64,000 nt of DNA from Macrostomum lignano (lineage: Eukaryota). Position numbers and translations under genes: made by a program. Below are positions 16,348-32,202 of the stretch, piece after piece. How positions within the stretch are numbered: the stretch's first letter is position 1; every line of letters starts with the position of its first letter. The stretch covers positions 69,162-133,161 of the forward strand of contig NIVC01002110.1 of NCBI GenBank assembly GCA_002269645.1. The letters run 5' to 3'. A model generated the notes under the pieces. It was not told the origin of the DNA. It did no database searches and saw only the letters and a program-made list of their open reading frames with translations.

Positions 16348-16849
16348 CTAAAAAGCATTGTCGCAAAAACTGTACACTACAAACAACGATAAAAAATAGG
16401 CACTTTAATGTCTAAAATACAATCGCAAAATAAAATTAAAAAATGCATGCAGATACAGTACATGTCAAAAAATAAGATATATATTGAAAGCAAATTGCAT
16501 CAACGCGACTGTTTAGGAATATTCAAATTAACGTACGATCTTAAAAAAAGAATGAATTTTTCCCACCGGAATGGGAATCCGTTCCAAATTCCAGGATTCC
16601 GTGGATGGAACAATAAAAATTACCTCGTTAATCCCTCGCCGTTATAGTTTTTACAGCAATAATTGTCTCCGTCAGGGTCACCGTAAAATGCCTATGACAT
16701 ACCCTGCAGTTTCACGAATAATATATAGTAATGATACAATTATTTTAGAAACGAATAGTATGCTGTTATAGGCACTGAAATGAAAGTATAGGACACGCTT
16801 TTCATCCGACGGCAATGTTATTAACTCCCGGTAAATCATCCACTTATCG

Positions 16850-17281
16850 TATTGTCCCCCTATCATTATTCCTATTGTCACACTATCAGTATTCCTATTG
16901 TCACACTATCAGTATTCGTATTGTCACTCTATCAGTATTCATATTGTCACTCTATCAGTATTCGTATTGTCACTCTATCAGTATTCATATTGTCACTCTA
17001 TCAGTATTCGTATTGTCACTCTATCAGTATTCATATTGTCACTCTATCAGTATTCCTATTGTCACTCTATCAGTATTCATATTGTCACACTATCAGTATT
17101 CGTATTGTCACTCTATCAGTATTCATATTGTCACTCTATCAGTATTCCTATTGTCACTCTATCAGTATTCATATTGTCACACTATCAGTATTCATATTGT
17201 CACACTATCAGTATTCATATTGTCACTCTATCAGTATTCATATTGTCACACTATCAGTATTCCTATTGTCACTCTATCAGT
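16850..17281. repeat. 23-bp minisatellite (second copy, in duplication unit 2)
   Basis: Same unit and variant order as 10282-10505. Confidence 0.95.
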
Positions 17282-17799
17282 ATAGGCCACGCTGGTTTCC
17301 TCGGCAACGAGTCCCAGTCCCCGTCGATCTGATCAACTCCCGCGGCAAGCGCCGGCAAGACACTCGTAATTGCAGGCCATCCGTGCTGGCCGTCCCTCCC
17401 CCTACTGCGTCCTTTGAAAACCGACCTTTATCTATACATACTACTTTAAAATAAACATTTCAGTAGTATCATGAGCAAATGAAGCTTTGTTAAAACTTAA
17501 AATTCAAAAGAAATGATGATGATGACAAAAGCGTGGTAATGTATCTAAACTCTAATTTCAAGCCTGCAACAAAGACCTCAGTCCTGAGAGTTGGGTTTCG
17601 AAGCACTATTCAATTGTGCACTGTCGTATTATGGGAGTCGAAGTAAGACCAGACAGCATTGTGCGGTGATATGCGTGTTTGAAAATAATAATTTAGCAAC
17701 CGTTGCAGCCGAAGAAATGCGTGTGTTTATAAAGTTGCTGCTCAGAAAGTTTCGTTGAGATTGCAACAGAAAGACCGCGGTGACCGTGGTAATGATAGA

Positions 17800-20456
<2,657 letters not shown>

Positions 20457-21117
20457 CTAAAAAGCATTGTCGCAAAAACTGTACACTACAAACAACGATA
20501 AAAAATAGGCACTTTAATGTCTAAAATACAATCGCAAAATAAAATTAAAAAATGCATGCAGATACAGTACATGTCAAAAAATAAGATATATATTGAAAGC
20601 AAATTGCATCAACGCGACTGTTTAGGAATATTCAAATTAACGTACGATCTTAAAAAAAGAATGAATTTTTCCCACCGGAATGGGAATCCGTTCCAAATTC
20701 CAGGGATTCCGTGGATGGAACAATAAAAATTACCTCGTTAATCCCTCGCCGTTATAGTTTTTACAGCAATAATTGTCTCCGTCAGGGTCACCGTAAAATG
20801 CCTATGACATACCCTGCAGTTTCACGAATAATATATAGTAATGATACAATTATTTTAGAAACGAATAGTATGCTGTTATAGGCACTGAAATGAAAGTATA
20901 GGACACGCTTTTCATCCGACGGCAATGTTATTAACTCCCGGTAAATCATCCACTTATCGATTTTTAAATCAAATTCAAATTCGCGCCAAAGATCGTGTTT
21001 AACGCCGTGTGTCTCACTTTTTGGCGCGCATTTGAATATTCGATTTAATTTGCTGAACTCGATGTTTAACGATCGTTCAATTCAATTCTTTTATTTTAAT
21101 ATTCAGCAAAGGATGCT

Positions 21118-21455
21118 TCAACGAGATCCTCCCAAGAGATGTTCCACATCCTGCCTCAGTTCGTGGTGACTTCCTCCGGCCCCAGCGACTCCGCAAGGTC
21201 CGCAGCAGCAGCAGCAGCGGCGGCACCGGCAGCAGCATCTGGTCGGGCCATCGCAGCAGCCGTTCCTGACAACGCACGAAGATGATGACGTCATCGCCAT
21301 CGGTGCTGGCAAAGCGACGGTGGCTGATTGCGAAACTGCCTGCGTCGTATTATTATTGGCATAATAATTGCTGGCTGCCTGCGGCTGGGCGCAGCGGTAG
21401 CGTCGGAATCCGCGGTGCGGGCGGCCGCGCCGATGGTGCGAACTCGATGACGGGC
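21118..21455 (-). CDS. Putative terminal exon of an unidentified gene (frame uncertain; one frame is Cys-rich)
   Basis: GC-rich island with a candidate acceptor TTTTATTTCTGGCACAG ending at 21456. One frame reads ...GCCDGPTRCCCRCRRCCCCCGPCG...LLGGSR*. Confidence 0.35.
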
Positions 21456-21524
21456 CTGTGCCAGAAATAAAAACGAATAGCAGTGGTGCTTTGGCGTGGA
21501 GTTGATAAATTCTTTAGCTGCCTG

Positions 21525-22428
21525 TGGTCCTCTGGTATTCAGGCTACCTAATTGGTCCTCTGATATTCAGGCTACCTAATTGGTCCTCTGATATTCAGGC
21601 TACCTAATTGGTCCTCTGATATTTAGGCTACCTAATTGGTCCTCTGATATTCAGGCTACCTAATTGGTCCTCTGGTATTTAGACTACCTAATTGGTCCTC
21701 TGGTATTCAGGCTACCTAATTGGTACTCTGATATTTAGACTACCTAATTGGTCCTCTGATATTTAGGCTACCTAATTGGTCCTCTGATATTCAGGCTACC
21801 TAATTGGTCCTCTGGTATTCAGGCTACCTAATTGGTCCTCTGGTATTCAGGCTACCTAATTGGTCCTCTGATATTTAGACTACCTAATTGGTCCTCTGAT
21901 ATTTAGGCTTCCTAATTGGTCCTCTGATATTTAGGCTACCTAATGGGTCTTCTGATATTCAGGCTACCTAATTGGTCCTCTGGTATTCAGGCTACCTAAT
22001 TGGTCCTCTGATATTCAGGCTACCTAATTGGTACTCTCGTATTCAGGCTACCTAATTGGTCCTCTGATATTCAGGCTACCTAATTGGTACTCTGATATTT
22101 AGACTACCTAATTGGTCCTCTGATATTTAGGCTACCTAATTGGTCCTCTGATATTCAGGCTACCTAATTGGTCCTCTGGTATTCAGGCTACCTAATTGGT
22201 CCTCTGGTATTCAGGCTACCTAATTGGTCCTCTGGTATTCAGGCTACCTAATTGGTCCTCTGATATTCAGGCTACCTAATTGGTCCTCTGGTATTCAGGC
22301 TACCTAATTGGTCCTCTGGTATTCAGGCTACCTAATTGGTCCTCTGGTATTTAGGCTTCCTAATTGGTCCTCTGATATTTAGGCTACCTAATGGGTCTTC
22401 TGATATTTAGACTGCCTAATTGGTCCTC
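21525..22428. repeat. 28-bp minisatellite (GGCTACCTAATTGGTCCTCTGRTATTYA), about 32 copies
   Basis: GGCTACC at 21542, 21570 and onward. Confidence 0.97.
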
Positions 22429-22647
22429 CAGTAACAAAAAGCCCTGCGCGCACTAACCCAATTCCGTTTTGTTTTTATCAACGTCTCGATGCGTCTTGGT
22501 CGATCCTTGGACGGCTCGATTTGAGTTCTGCATCTTCGTACTGGTAGCATTGGTACATGTAGCATTAGTAGTACAAATATGATTAGTAGACTCAATCCCC
22601 TGCTTAAGGATAAAGTCTTTAGCTGTCCTATTATTACCAATAGACAC

Positions 22648-23600
22648 CTGCTGGACCGTAGTCACGGGAACAATTGGCCTAGCAACCACCGTGGCCGAGC
22701 ATTGCGGATCTTCATCAACAACGTCAGCTGACCAGGAGCAGCAGGTCTGCTGCTGGAAATCGCTTTGCTTAATAATCCGGTTGTTGGTTGGTGCGACAGC
22801 GTTCAAGTCCGTGCATTCGTAGACGGCATTACGAGGCAGCGATGATGGCGGCAGATCGATCTGCAGTCGCCTTGGAGGCGGCAGCGGCGGAGGCCTTTCG
22901 TCGATGCCAAATTGTGATTCGTGTGGTAAAGAGCTCTGCGGCAATTCGCAGCATCCACCGTCGCCTCCGCTGGCGCAGCAGCCGCTACAGTCCCTGCTGC
23001 TGCTACTGGTGTTGTTGCTGCCAACTCCGCTGCTCGATGATCCGCTGTAATCGTCTATGACGTCATTAAGTCGGCGAAGCAGCTTCCTGATGTCTGCAGC
23101 CGCCTCGGCTGTCCGACGGCTGCCTCTGTCGCTTCTTCCCGAGGCTGGCGACAACTGTCCGGAGTCTTCCAGCAGTGCCACGATCAGACGTTTGCGCAGA
23201 TTTCGACTGACAGACCGACCGGCTGCGGCTGGCGGGCCAGTTGTAGCTTCCGCAGGTGCATCGGCCAGTCTCCTACCAGTCCTAGTCGAGCTGACAATCT
23301 TTAAGTTTTCGCTGCCTTTGTCGTTTAGCAAACTGTTGAGCGCTTTTCGTAAGAAACCGTCTTTAGTTCGCGATCGGTCCCCGTCAATTATTGGCCTGTC
23401 GTCGTGGGTTCTGTTGTTGCGCAAGAAGCATCCTTCCTCATTGAACTGAGTCAAGTCTTCGTCGTCCATGGAGAGGGTCTCGGTGCATGCCAACAATTTC
23501 AACATGCCGCCGCTTTTTCGCCTATGCTGGGGCATAACTGCTGCAAGCTGTGCAGTGTCCTGCTGGTAGCTAATTTTTGTACGAGCTACTACGATAGATT
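22648..23600 (-). CDS. Large exon of an unidentified low-complexity protein
   Basis: GC-rich core of the 403-aa ORF (MDDEDLTQF...IRKLLRRLNDVIDDY...PPPLPPP...VTTVQQ), ending at a CAG/GT donor at 22648/22647. 5' boundary uncertain and no domain recognised. Confidence 0.6.
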
Positions 23601-23991
23601 GCGCAGTTTTTAGATTGCTGCAGCTAAATATTGCATATGAAATAGATGTAGAATATAATATCAACTGCTAGATTAACATGCGAATAATTTGTAAAGCTTT
23701 CAACTTTTACACTTACATGTAATTTTGTATATCTATGGCATCATCTCCAGCTCTCACAAGTAATGTACTCGTATTTATATATATATATGTTTGTTGCAGA
23801 AATTAGCCCATGCATGCGCCTACACATGTAGCTATTTTTGTGCGTATTACATGTATCAGACAAAAGCAATTTTTTATTATTTTATAACCATGCACTTTTA
23901 AATGCATCTCTGTTTTTGATTGCGATATTTTCATGAAATTTGCAAACCCAGATTTTTTACATTTGAATTCGTCGGGAGAGAGAGACTCCTT

Positions 23992-24284
23992 ATCTTGTCT
24001 CGTCTTGTCTTGTCTTGTCTTGTCTTGTCTTGTCTAGTCTTATCTTGTCTTGTCTTGTCTTGTCTAGTCTTGTCTCGTCTAGTCTTGTCTTGTCTTGTCT
24101 TGTCTTGTCTTGTCTTGTCTTGTCTTGTCTTGTCTAGTCTTGTCTTATCTTGTCTTGTCTTGTCTTGTCTTGTCTTGTCTTGTCTTGTCTTGTCTAGTCT
24201 TGTCTTGTCTTGTCTTGTCTTGTCTTGTCTTGTCTAGTCTTGTCTTGTCTTGTCTAGTCTTGTCTTGTCTAGTCTTGTCTTGTC
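23992..24284. repeat. (TCTTG)n microsatellite
   Basis: Directly visible. Confidence 0.98.
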
Positions 24285-24289
24285 TTTAA

Positions 24290-25140
24290 TTTGTCGCCAA
24301 CGTTACGGCTTGGAAGGCCAGTCGCGTTCGTCTTGATCCCGTCACGTTCGTTCGTTCCCGCTTGGTTGGCAATGCTTTCTTCTGCACTCCTTAAGTTGCT
24401 CTTTGGCGTGTTGGCGTCCCGCATGTCATCTCTGCTTCTGTAATTGTAATCAAGTCTTCCATGGCGCTCCAGTTTACATTTTCTGGTCCTATCTTTTTCT
24501 TGTCTTCTTCTGTTTGAGTCCTGAAACTCTTCTTGATTTATTGGGTTGCGGAGGCGTTCCCATGCGATTTTTTTTTTTTCCTTGGGTATCGCCCTGTGGC
24601 GCTCACAGAAATGCCAAAACTTTCGGTAGGTGGTCGGATAGGTTTTGTATGCTAATTTTGCTGACGATCTTGTGCCTGCACTGTGGTCTTTCTTCGTTAT
24701 GACCGAGCCGTCGATCTCATGCCAGTTCTTTGTCGCTGGGTTTTTCCAAGTTCCGGGCTTTTTTGCCGATAGATGGAACTTATCCATACCAGGCCATTGC
24801 TTTTAAGCCATAGTAGGAGTCCCTCCCCATGCTGGTTCGTTCTTGTTGCTGTTGCGCCGTTCGCTGGTCGCGGGAGATTCTCATGTGCTGGTGGCTCAAT
24901 GCTTGCATGTGCAAACTTAACCATTTCTCCAAACCGTCCAGCTTCGATGTTCGCTCTTTGGGCATTCCAAGTTTGCCCGAGGAGCTTGTCACTTAAGCCA
25001 AGTCCCCAGGCCTCCCCCTGATTCTCTATTTGTCGGCTGTTGTACCCGTCCGCTTGGCACCGCGTGGAGGTGGAGAATCTTCGACAGGCAATTAGAGAGA
25101 CTCCAGGCCGATCGGAGGCGCTATATCGTCAGGGGAACCA
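24290..25140 (-). mobile_element. Degraded non-LTR retrotransposon fragment (AP-endonuclease C-terminal half, RTE-like)
   Basis: Frames join to give TNQHGEGLLLWLKSNGL...KKPGTWKNPATKNWHEIDGSVI, matching the LINE endonuclease motifs NxNGxxLL and TWxHPxSKxWHxIDY. No RT part is present. Confidence 0.6.
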
Positions 25141-25460
25141 AACATGGTTTTGGTTACAGTAGTTTTGCGATACTGGCGCGTGCTTTACATGTACATCCAC
25201 TTTTTCATTTTTGGGAGCATTTACATTATGCACGTACGAGCGTACATGTATGCACATGTAGCTTGAGGGCACTATAGCTTCTAACAAGCCCCGCGGTGCT
25301 TCAAAAGCAACCGTGGCAAAAAGTGAAAGCTTCGGTATAAAAATTTACTTGCAGTACATGTAGTATGGGTACATTTAGCTAGTTCATGTACATGTAATAT
25401 GGATGTATATGTATAGAAGAAGTTTACCATCATTTAAGATACATACAGTATGCACTGCTA

Positions 25461-26006
25461 CAGGGGCGTAGCCAGGAATTTTGATTGGGGGGGGGCGTGA
25501 GTTAGGGGGCGCCAGCTTCTTATAGGGGGGCGCCAGTTTCTTATAGGGGGGGGGGGCGCCAGTTTCTTTTAGGGGGGGCGCCAGTTTCTTTTAGGGGGGG
25601 GCGCCAGTTTCTTATAGGGGGGCGCCAGTTTCTTTTAGGGGGGGGGGCGCCAGTTTCTTTTAGGAGGGGCCGGGGGCACCAGTTTCTTTTAGGGGGGGGG
25701 GGGCGCCAGTTTCTTATAGGGGGGGGGCGCCAGTTTCTTTTAGGGGGGGCGCCAGTTTCTTTTAGGGGGGGGGCGCCAGTTTCTTTTAGGGGGGAGGCGC
25801 CAGTTTCTTTTAGGGGGGGGTGCCAGTTTCTTTTAGGGGGGGGCGCCAGTTTCTTTTAGGGGGGGGCGCCAGTTTCTTATAGGGGGGGCGCCAGTTTCTT
25901 ATAGGGGGGGGGGCGCCAGTTTCTTATAGGGGGGGGGGCGCCAAGGCCAGAGTTGGTGATTGGGGGGGGCCACGGCCCCCCTTGCCCCCCTCTGGCTACG
26001 CCCCTG
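25461..26006. mobile_element. Non-autonomous hAT-like MITE with internal G-rich tandem repeat
   Basis: Perfect 15-bp TIR CAGGGGCGTAGCCAG / CTGGCTACGCCCCTG and 8-bp TSD CACTGCTA (25453-25460, 26007-26014). The interior is about 20 copies of (G)n-CGCCAGTTTCTTWTA. Confidence 0.92.
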
Positions 26007-27371
26007 CACTGCTATATGTAATACAATTTGCATATGCATATGAGCAATAATACCCGCCGGAAAACATGCATACGAGTAACATGAAAAAAATTTCCTTTAT
26101 TTTATTCTTAAAATATGTATTTTAAAATTAATTCAATGTGACTGCATTGAAATTTGTTTAGTTTGTTGATGCAGCAGCCTTGTTACATGCGCAATTTTAC
26201 TTGTAGAAATCGTACTACTCAGTTTTTAAAACGAATCTATAAACATGCATAAAAATATATGTGATTTTTAAACACATAGATCGTTGAACATGCACGTACA
26301 TTTAAAATGCGTATAAAATAAAACTTTTTATTCTACCGATAATTCGTGAATTCTGCTTTTTTGTAGCATTGGCTGCGCAAACGTGAAGCAAACGGTATCT
26401 GCAAAAATGAACTTGGATTTTGGATTCATTAGACAAAGAAAAATTAAATTTTAATACAGCAGAATTTCAGAAATGAATATTTTTTGTTTCATACTGAATA
26501 CTGTAATAGTATCCTAAGGTAATTGTTTTGTTTTACGCTGCAAAAGACGTTCTTATAAAATTCTAACTCATTTTAAAAAAACTGATTTCAGAAAAATGTG
26601 AAGGTTGTTTGCTTATAATAAAGATTTCTTTTGAAAGTTCTGCCTGAAACTTAGTGCTAGTAGTACTACTACGCTCTACTTTAAAACAAGTATTGTTTAA
26701 ATTAACGAATGTAAAATTTGATAACTAGGGGTCTGCCTACCTAAGTCAGGGCTCAGGGGTAAGGGCCAACGCCAACGGCTACGGCAACGGGTAGCCTAAT
26801 TTAAATAGTTGACGGGGAATTGTCTGCTACGTTTTGCCTGCCATCTTTTTGTCAGCCACATGTAAAATTCGTTGGTGCAATCTTTATTTAAGCTATAACG
26901 ATCGTTTTTACACTACACCATAAACTAGGCCTATATTTCTTTAATTATAAATGCCTTTTACTAAGCCCACTATTAGGCCCACTATTATTAGGCCCACTTT
27001 CATTGCATGATCATGATTACATAATAAAGATTATTTAATGAATATAAATATATTTATTTGCCTGTCTACATTGTTTTAATAAAGCCAGGCCAGTTAGTTA
27101 ATAAATACAAGGATTAATTTTGTCAAGTAGGCCTATAAGGATTTTAGTGTCTTAATGCAATTTTTAGAGAATAGGCCTAGGCCTAGCTATTAAGTCAAGA
27201 GACAGTTTTGGGAAAAATAAATCATTTGAAAGAGAACCTAACTTATTTTTTATAAAATAATAAAATATAAATAGCAATTTTTGTAAGCATAGCATAGGCC
27301 TATCAAATGCCTAAATCTTTAATTGAACTTCAGTTAAAGTAGGCCTAGGTTATAAAATTCTAGGTTTATAT

Positions 27372-28834
27372 TAAGGATGTCAATTCCCTGGGGAATTTTC
27401 TTATTGGGGACCCCAGGAAATTTACTGTCATTCCCCAGAGACCCCGGGGAAAAAAGTAAACAACAGTGGATAACTTGAAATCAAGTGGCATTTTTTAACT
27501 TTGATTTAAATTTTAGACTATATATTTAGGGTGCAAGAGTAAAAATTTTAAACAATGCTTATTTAAAATTGTATTTAACAACGTGGCATCACCAAATTGT
27601 GTATACACCTTTGTCAAAAAGAGTCCAAACTCTGGTCTAGAGCAAAAAATTCATGTTCAGTAGCTATGCTCGTGGGAGGAACCAATAATAAGGCCTAGGG
27701 CATTGTATATCAACTGGATAGCAGCAGCAAGTAGCAATAAAAAGCAAGCAATCAGCAAAAAATGTCTGCTACAACAGATTTGTGATGTGTGTTACAGTCT
27801 AATATACTGTCTACCACATAGCCTAATGCTATCTAGGGTTTTCTTTTTTGCTAGAGACAAGGTACAAAATCGCACCATATGCTCACTTTCATGGTGCGAT
27901 TTTAAGGCTCAAAGTGCACTTTCTCTTTTTTCCTATTTTAAGGCAGTGCGAATGAGGTTTTAATAAAAAAAAGATTATAAGACTATACCTAAACTGCACC
28001 TACGTTTCAATTTTAAGATGCAATTCTTAAATTTAAGGTGCATATGCACACTTTACACACAAAAAATAAACCCAGATGCTATCTGTTGCTGTCAGCTACT
28101 ACCTGCTTCCTGGTGCTATCTATTGATTCTTACTTCAATGTAGTTGATAGTTGTGTGCTATTTTTTTCTCTGTCCGCTGCCTGCTACCTTCTGCTTTTTG
28201 CTGCAGTCTGCTGCCATATAATACTGTCTATTGATATCTGTTGCTATCTACTACTAGATAGCTATTGTTACTGTATTTGCTATGCAGCTACTATGCCACT
28301 ATTGCAGCTTCTACCAATTTTTGAAAAATTGTCGCAGTTTAGACAATGTGGCATCATCTAATTGTGGCCTCACCTTTGTCAGAAAGAGTCTAGAGGCAGA
28401 AAATGTGCGCTGAGTAGCTATGCTTGTGAGAGTAACTAAGAGTAGCTAAGGGCATTGTATAGCAACTGGATTACTGGATAGCAGCAATTATGCAGTAAAA
28501 GAGCATAGACAGAGTTTCAAATTGACTATGACTATGACTATTGACTATGACTGTCTTATCAAGCCTAAATGCCTCGGCATCTAATTAGTACTACGCCCGT
28601 ATTCTATGGGGTGGCATTTTTGCGACTTACCCCTGGTCCACCACCAATGCTGCGCCGCGCAGGCTGATCCGCGCCGGACGCTGTCTACCAAAATGCCCAT
28701 ATGCTGCAATCAGGGTTTCAATCAGCTTTCTATGAATCATTCTTATTTAAATGGCAAAAATTAAGTTACAAATGCATTTTTTATTTTTTTATCTCTGGGG
28801 CCCCGGGGAACACTCCCCAGTTTTGACATCCCTA
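27372..28834 (-). mobile_element. Internally deleted hAT element with transposase dimerization-domain remnants
   Basis: TIRs TAAGGATGTCAA / TTGACATCCCTA (1 mismatch) and 8-bp TSD GTTTATAT (27364-27371, 28835-28842). Minus strand about 28330-28440 reads TSIATQRTFSASRLFLTKVRPQLDDATLSKLRQFF, a hAT C-terminal motif. A second, more decayed copy lies at about 27575-27730. Confidence 0.8.
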
Positions 28835-29934
28835 GTTTATATATTCCATTGCTCCATTGATTAAATGTAAAATCAAAACCAAGCTTTTTAGTTTTTAGTT
28901 TTTACTTTTTAATTACATTTTGGAAGAATTTCTCTCTATTAATTTCATTTGTTTTCTTTCATTAGGCCTTAGCTATTAATTTTTGTTCAAATTTTCATAG
29001 ATAATTGTTTAGTTGCTCTTTCAAATATTATTTTAATATTTTTTATACAAAACTTGTCCTTATAATAATAGCCTCCTCTTGAATTATTATTAAATTACAT
29101 CAAACTATATTAGCTAAACAGGCTTTTTGCCTGAGCCAAACTTACTACTATTACTACTACTACAACTACTACTACTACTAACCATATAAATAGTAAAATG
29201 GTTATTTTTATAGGCCTTGTAATTTGTAAAGCAAATATTATCTAAATTAGGTAATAAACCTTATTAGTCTTAGTATAAAAAAAAAGACATTATTTAAATA
29301 TATATATATTTAATTTTAATAATAATGGTAAAATATTTGATATAAAAATTTTCCTACAGCTACATAGCTTATAGCTACTATTATATTAATTTATAGTTTC
29401 TTCATTTATTATAATAGACATTATCATTGCTATACAATTTTATAGCATTGTCTAAATCATAGAATAATCTAAATATGTAAGACTGATTATATGCAACACA
29501 ACCTTATTTCATTAAATGCCAATAGCCTAAACTGTTTATCTTTGAGTTGTAAAAATATAGTTGCTATGGTTAGAAAGAGAATAACAAGTTTAATGTCTCC
29601 AAGCTCTTTCTCTAAGAAATCAAGTTTTTCCATTTTTAAAGCAGTTAATGCTAGTCAATCTATGGTATCTACCAATAAATATTTTAGAATCAAATGCTTA
29701 TAGACCAATGGGGTTCTTAGATTATATGGATTAGCTCAAAATCATCCTTTAAACCTCTATTGGTTGCTGCACTATTGTTTTCTCCCATTACTATTATATC
29801 ATTCTCTTTAGATATGTTAAATATAAACATAAGTTCTTAAAACTATCTTCATGTGTAGTGTATTTTTTTGAGAATAAACCTGGCATATTTATAACTTGAA
29901 CTTGAATAACTTTCTATAAACATATTTGGAACTT

Positions 29935-30565
29935 CCATATAGCCATCTTTAGCTCCCCATAGATATCTTTAGTTTCCCATAGACATCTGTAGCTTTTCAT
30001 AGATATCTATAGCTTCCCATAGACATCTATAGCTTTCCATAGACATCTGTAGCTCCCCATGGGTATCTATAGCTTCCCATAGATATCTATAGCTCCCCAT
30101 AGATATCTTTAGCTCCCTATAAACATCTATAGCTTCCCATAGACAGCTGTAGCTCCCCATAGACATCTATAGCTTTCCATAGATATCTGTAGCTCCCTAT
30201 AGACATCTATAGCTTTCCATAGACATCTATAGCTTCCCATAGATATCTGTAGCTCCCTATAGACATCTATAGCTTTCCATAGACATCTATAGCTTCCCAT
30301 AGATATCTTTAGCTCCCTATAGACATCTATAGCTTCCCATAGATATCTGTAGCTCCCTATAGACATCTATAGCTTTCCATAGACATCTATAGCTCCCCAT
30401 AGATATATTTAGCTCACTATAGACATCTATAGCTTCCCGTAGATATCTTTAGCTCCCTATAGACATTTATAGCTTTCCATAGACATCTATAGATCCCCAT
30501 GGATATATTTAGCTCCCCATAGACATCTGTGGCTTACCATAGACATCTGTAGCTTCCCATAGACA
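29935..30565. repeat. 20-bp minisatellite (AGACATCTATAGCTTCCCAT)
   Basis: Period of 20 is visible in line 30001 onward. Confidence 0.96.
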
Positions 30566-30743
30566 TACTTGTGGCTACAGAACAACTTCATTAAAGTACT
30601 CTTTACTGTTGAAAGCAAGTTTAAATCATCGCGCTTTTTTGGGTTTTGAACCTACGAGTAATAAAAAGTGACATGTTTCAACTTTACTGCATGGTAGAAG
30701 GCAGAATTAATCTATTTTGCTATTATATATATTAAGCATAGCA

Positions 30744-31228
30744 ATGGAAAAATCTAGCGACAACTCCGAGGACGACATCTTTGCCGAGACCAATGAAACT
30801 GTTGATGTTGAAGATGTCGATTTGAACAGCAGTGGAGCTGGCGTCTCAACCCCAGCTGCCACCGCCGCCCCAGCTCCGGCCGCTGAAAAGTTGGAGCCTT
30901 CGGCACCTCCCGCCGTCGCCTCGGCACCTCCCGCCGCCGCCTCGGCACCTCCCGCCGCTGCCTCGGCACCTGCCGCTCCACCAGCTTCAAATTCCAGCTC
31001 CGGTGGCCCTAGCAAACTCGAATTGCCGGCCTCGCTAGCTTTCGAATATCTGCTCACTGTTCGAGTCACTAATCCGGAGAAAATTGGCGATGGAATGGGA
31101 GCCTACGTGGCCTACAAGGTGTCGTTCTCCACCACTATACCGGCTTTCGGCCGGCCCGAGGGCAGCGTACGGCGAAGGTTCTCCGACTTTCTCGGTTTGT
31201 ATGAAAAACTGCACGAGAAGTATTTGAG
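30744..31228 (+). CDS. SNX2: Sorting nexin 1/2-like (PX-BAR), exon 1 of 4
   Basis: MEKSS... with an acidic, Ala-Pro-rich N-terminus, then the PX domain [19 protein letters not shown]...[15 protein letters not shown]. Donor AG/GTAAAT, phase 2. SNX1 versus SNX2 orthology cannot be resolved. Confidence 0.92.
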
Positions 31229-31246
31229 GTAAATTCCTCTTTTGTC

Positions 31247-31848
31247 CTGGGCCAGCCTCCCGGATGATCCCAGATCCTCAATTGCTGGACCAGCCTCCCA
31301 GATCCTCAATTGCTGGGCCAGCCTCTCAGATCCTCAGTTGCTGGGCCAGCCTCCCAAATCCTCAGTTGCTGGGCCAGCCTCCCAGATCCTCAGTTTCTGG
31401 GCCAGCCTCCCAGATCCTCAGCTGTTGGGCCAGCCTCCCAGATCCTCAGTTGCTGGGCCAGCCTCCCAGATCCTCAGTTGCTGGGCCAGCCTCTCAGATC
31501 CTCAGTTGCTGGGCCAGCCTCCCCGATTCTCAGTTGCTGGGCCAGCCTCCCAGATCCTCAGTTGCTCGGCTAGCCTCCCAGATCCTCAGCTGTTGGGCCA
31601 GCCTCCCAGATCCTCAGTTGCTGGGCCAGCCTCCCAGATCCTCAGTTGCTGGGCCAGCCTCTCAGATCCTCAGTTGCTGGGCCAGCCTCCCCGATTCTCA
31701 GTTGCTGGGCCAGCCTCCCAGATGATCCCAGATTCTCAGTTGCTGTGCCAGCCTCCCAGATGATCCCAGATCCTCAGCTGTTGGGCCAGCCTCCCAGATC
31801 CTCAGCTGTTGGGCCAGCCTCCCAGATCCTCAGTTGCTGGGCCAGCCT
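31247..31848. repeat. 28-bp minisatellite filling SNX intron 1 (GGGCCAGCCTCCCAGATCCTCAGTTGCT)
   Basis: GCCT at 31321, 31349 and onward. Confidence 0.95.
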
Positions 31849-31886
31849 TAACCAGAGCCGTCTCCCTCAATCATGGCCGATCCCAG

Positions 31887-32202
31887 GGACGGTTTTGTAA
31901 TTCCGCCCAAGCCGGAGAAGTCCGTAGTCGGCGCCACGAAGATCAAGATGTCCAAGGACAGCGTAGACGAGGACCATTTTGTTGAGCGCCGCCGGGCCCA
32001 GCTGGAGCGCTTCCTGGTCCGCTGCTCCGACCACCCGGTGTTGCGGATGGACCCGGATTTCCGCGAATTTCTCGAGCACGACGGCGACCTGCCCAAGTCC
32101 AGCGGCACCCGGGCGCTGAGCGGAGCCGGCGTCATGCGTGTGTTCTCGTCCATTGGCAGCTCGGTGCAACGGATGACCTACAAGATGGACGAGACTGATC
32201 AG
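31887..32202 (+). CDS. SNX2: Sorting nexin 1/2-like, exon 2
   Basis: CCCAG acceptor restores R-DGFVIPPKPEKSVVG...FVERRRAQLERFL...HPVLRMDPDFREFLE...KMDETDQ. Donor CAG/GT. Confidence 0.92.

Noticed and set aside
29440-29750. Possible LINE 3'-end remnant (KHLILKYLL...IKLVILFLTIATIF, minus strand)
   Set aside because: AT-rich, lacks the expected CCHC cysteines and has no linked RT motif. Too weak to call.
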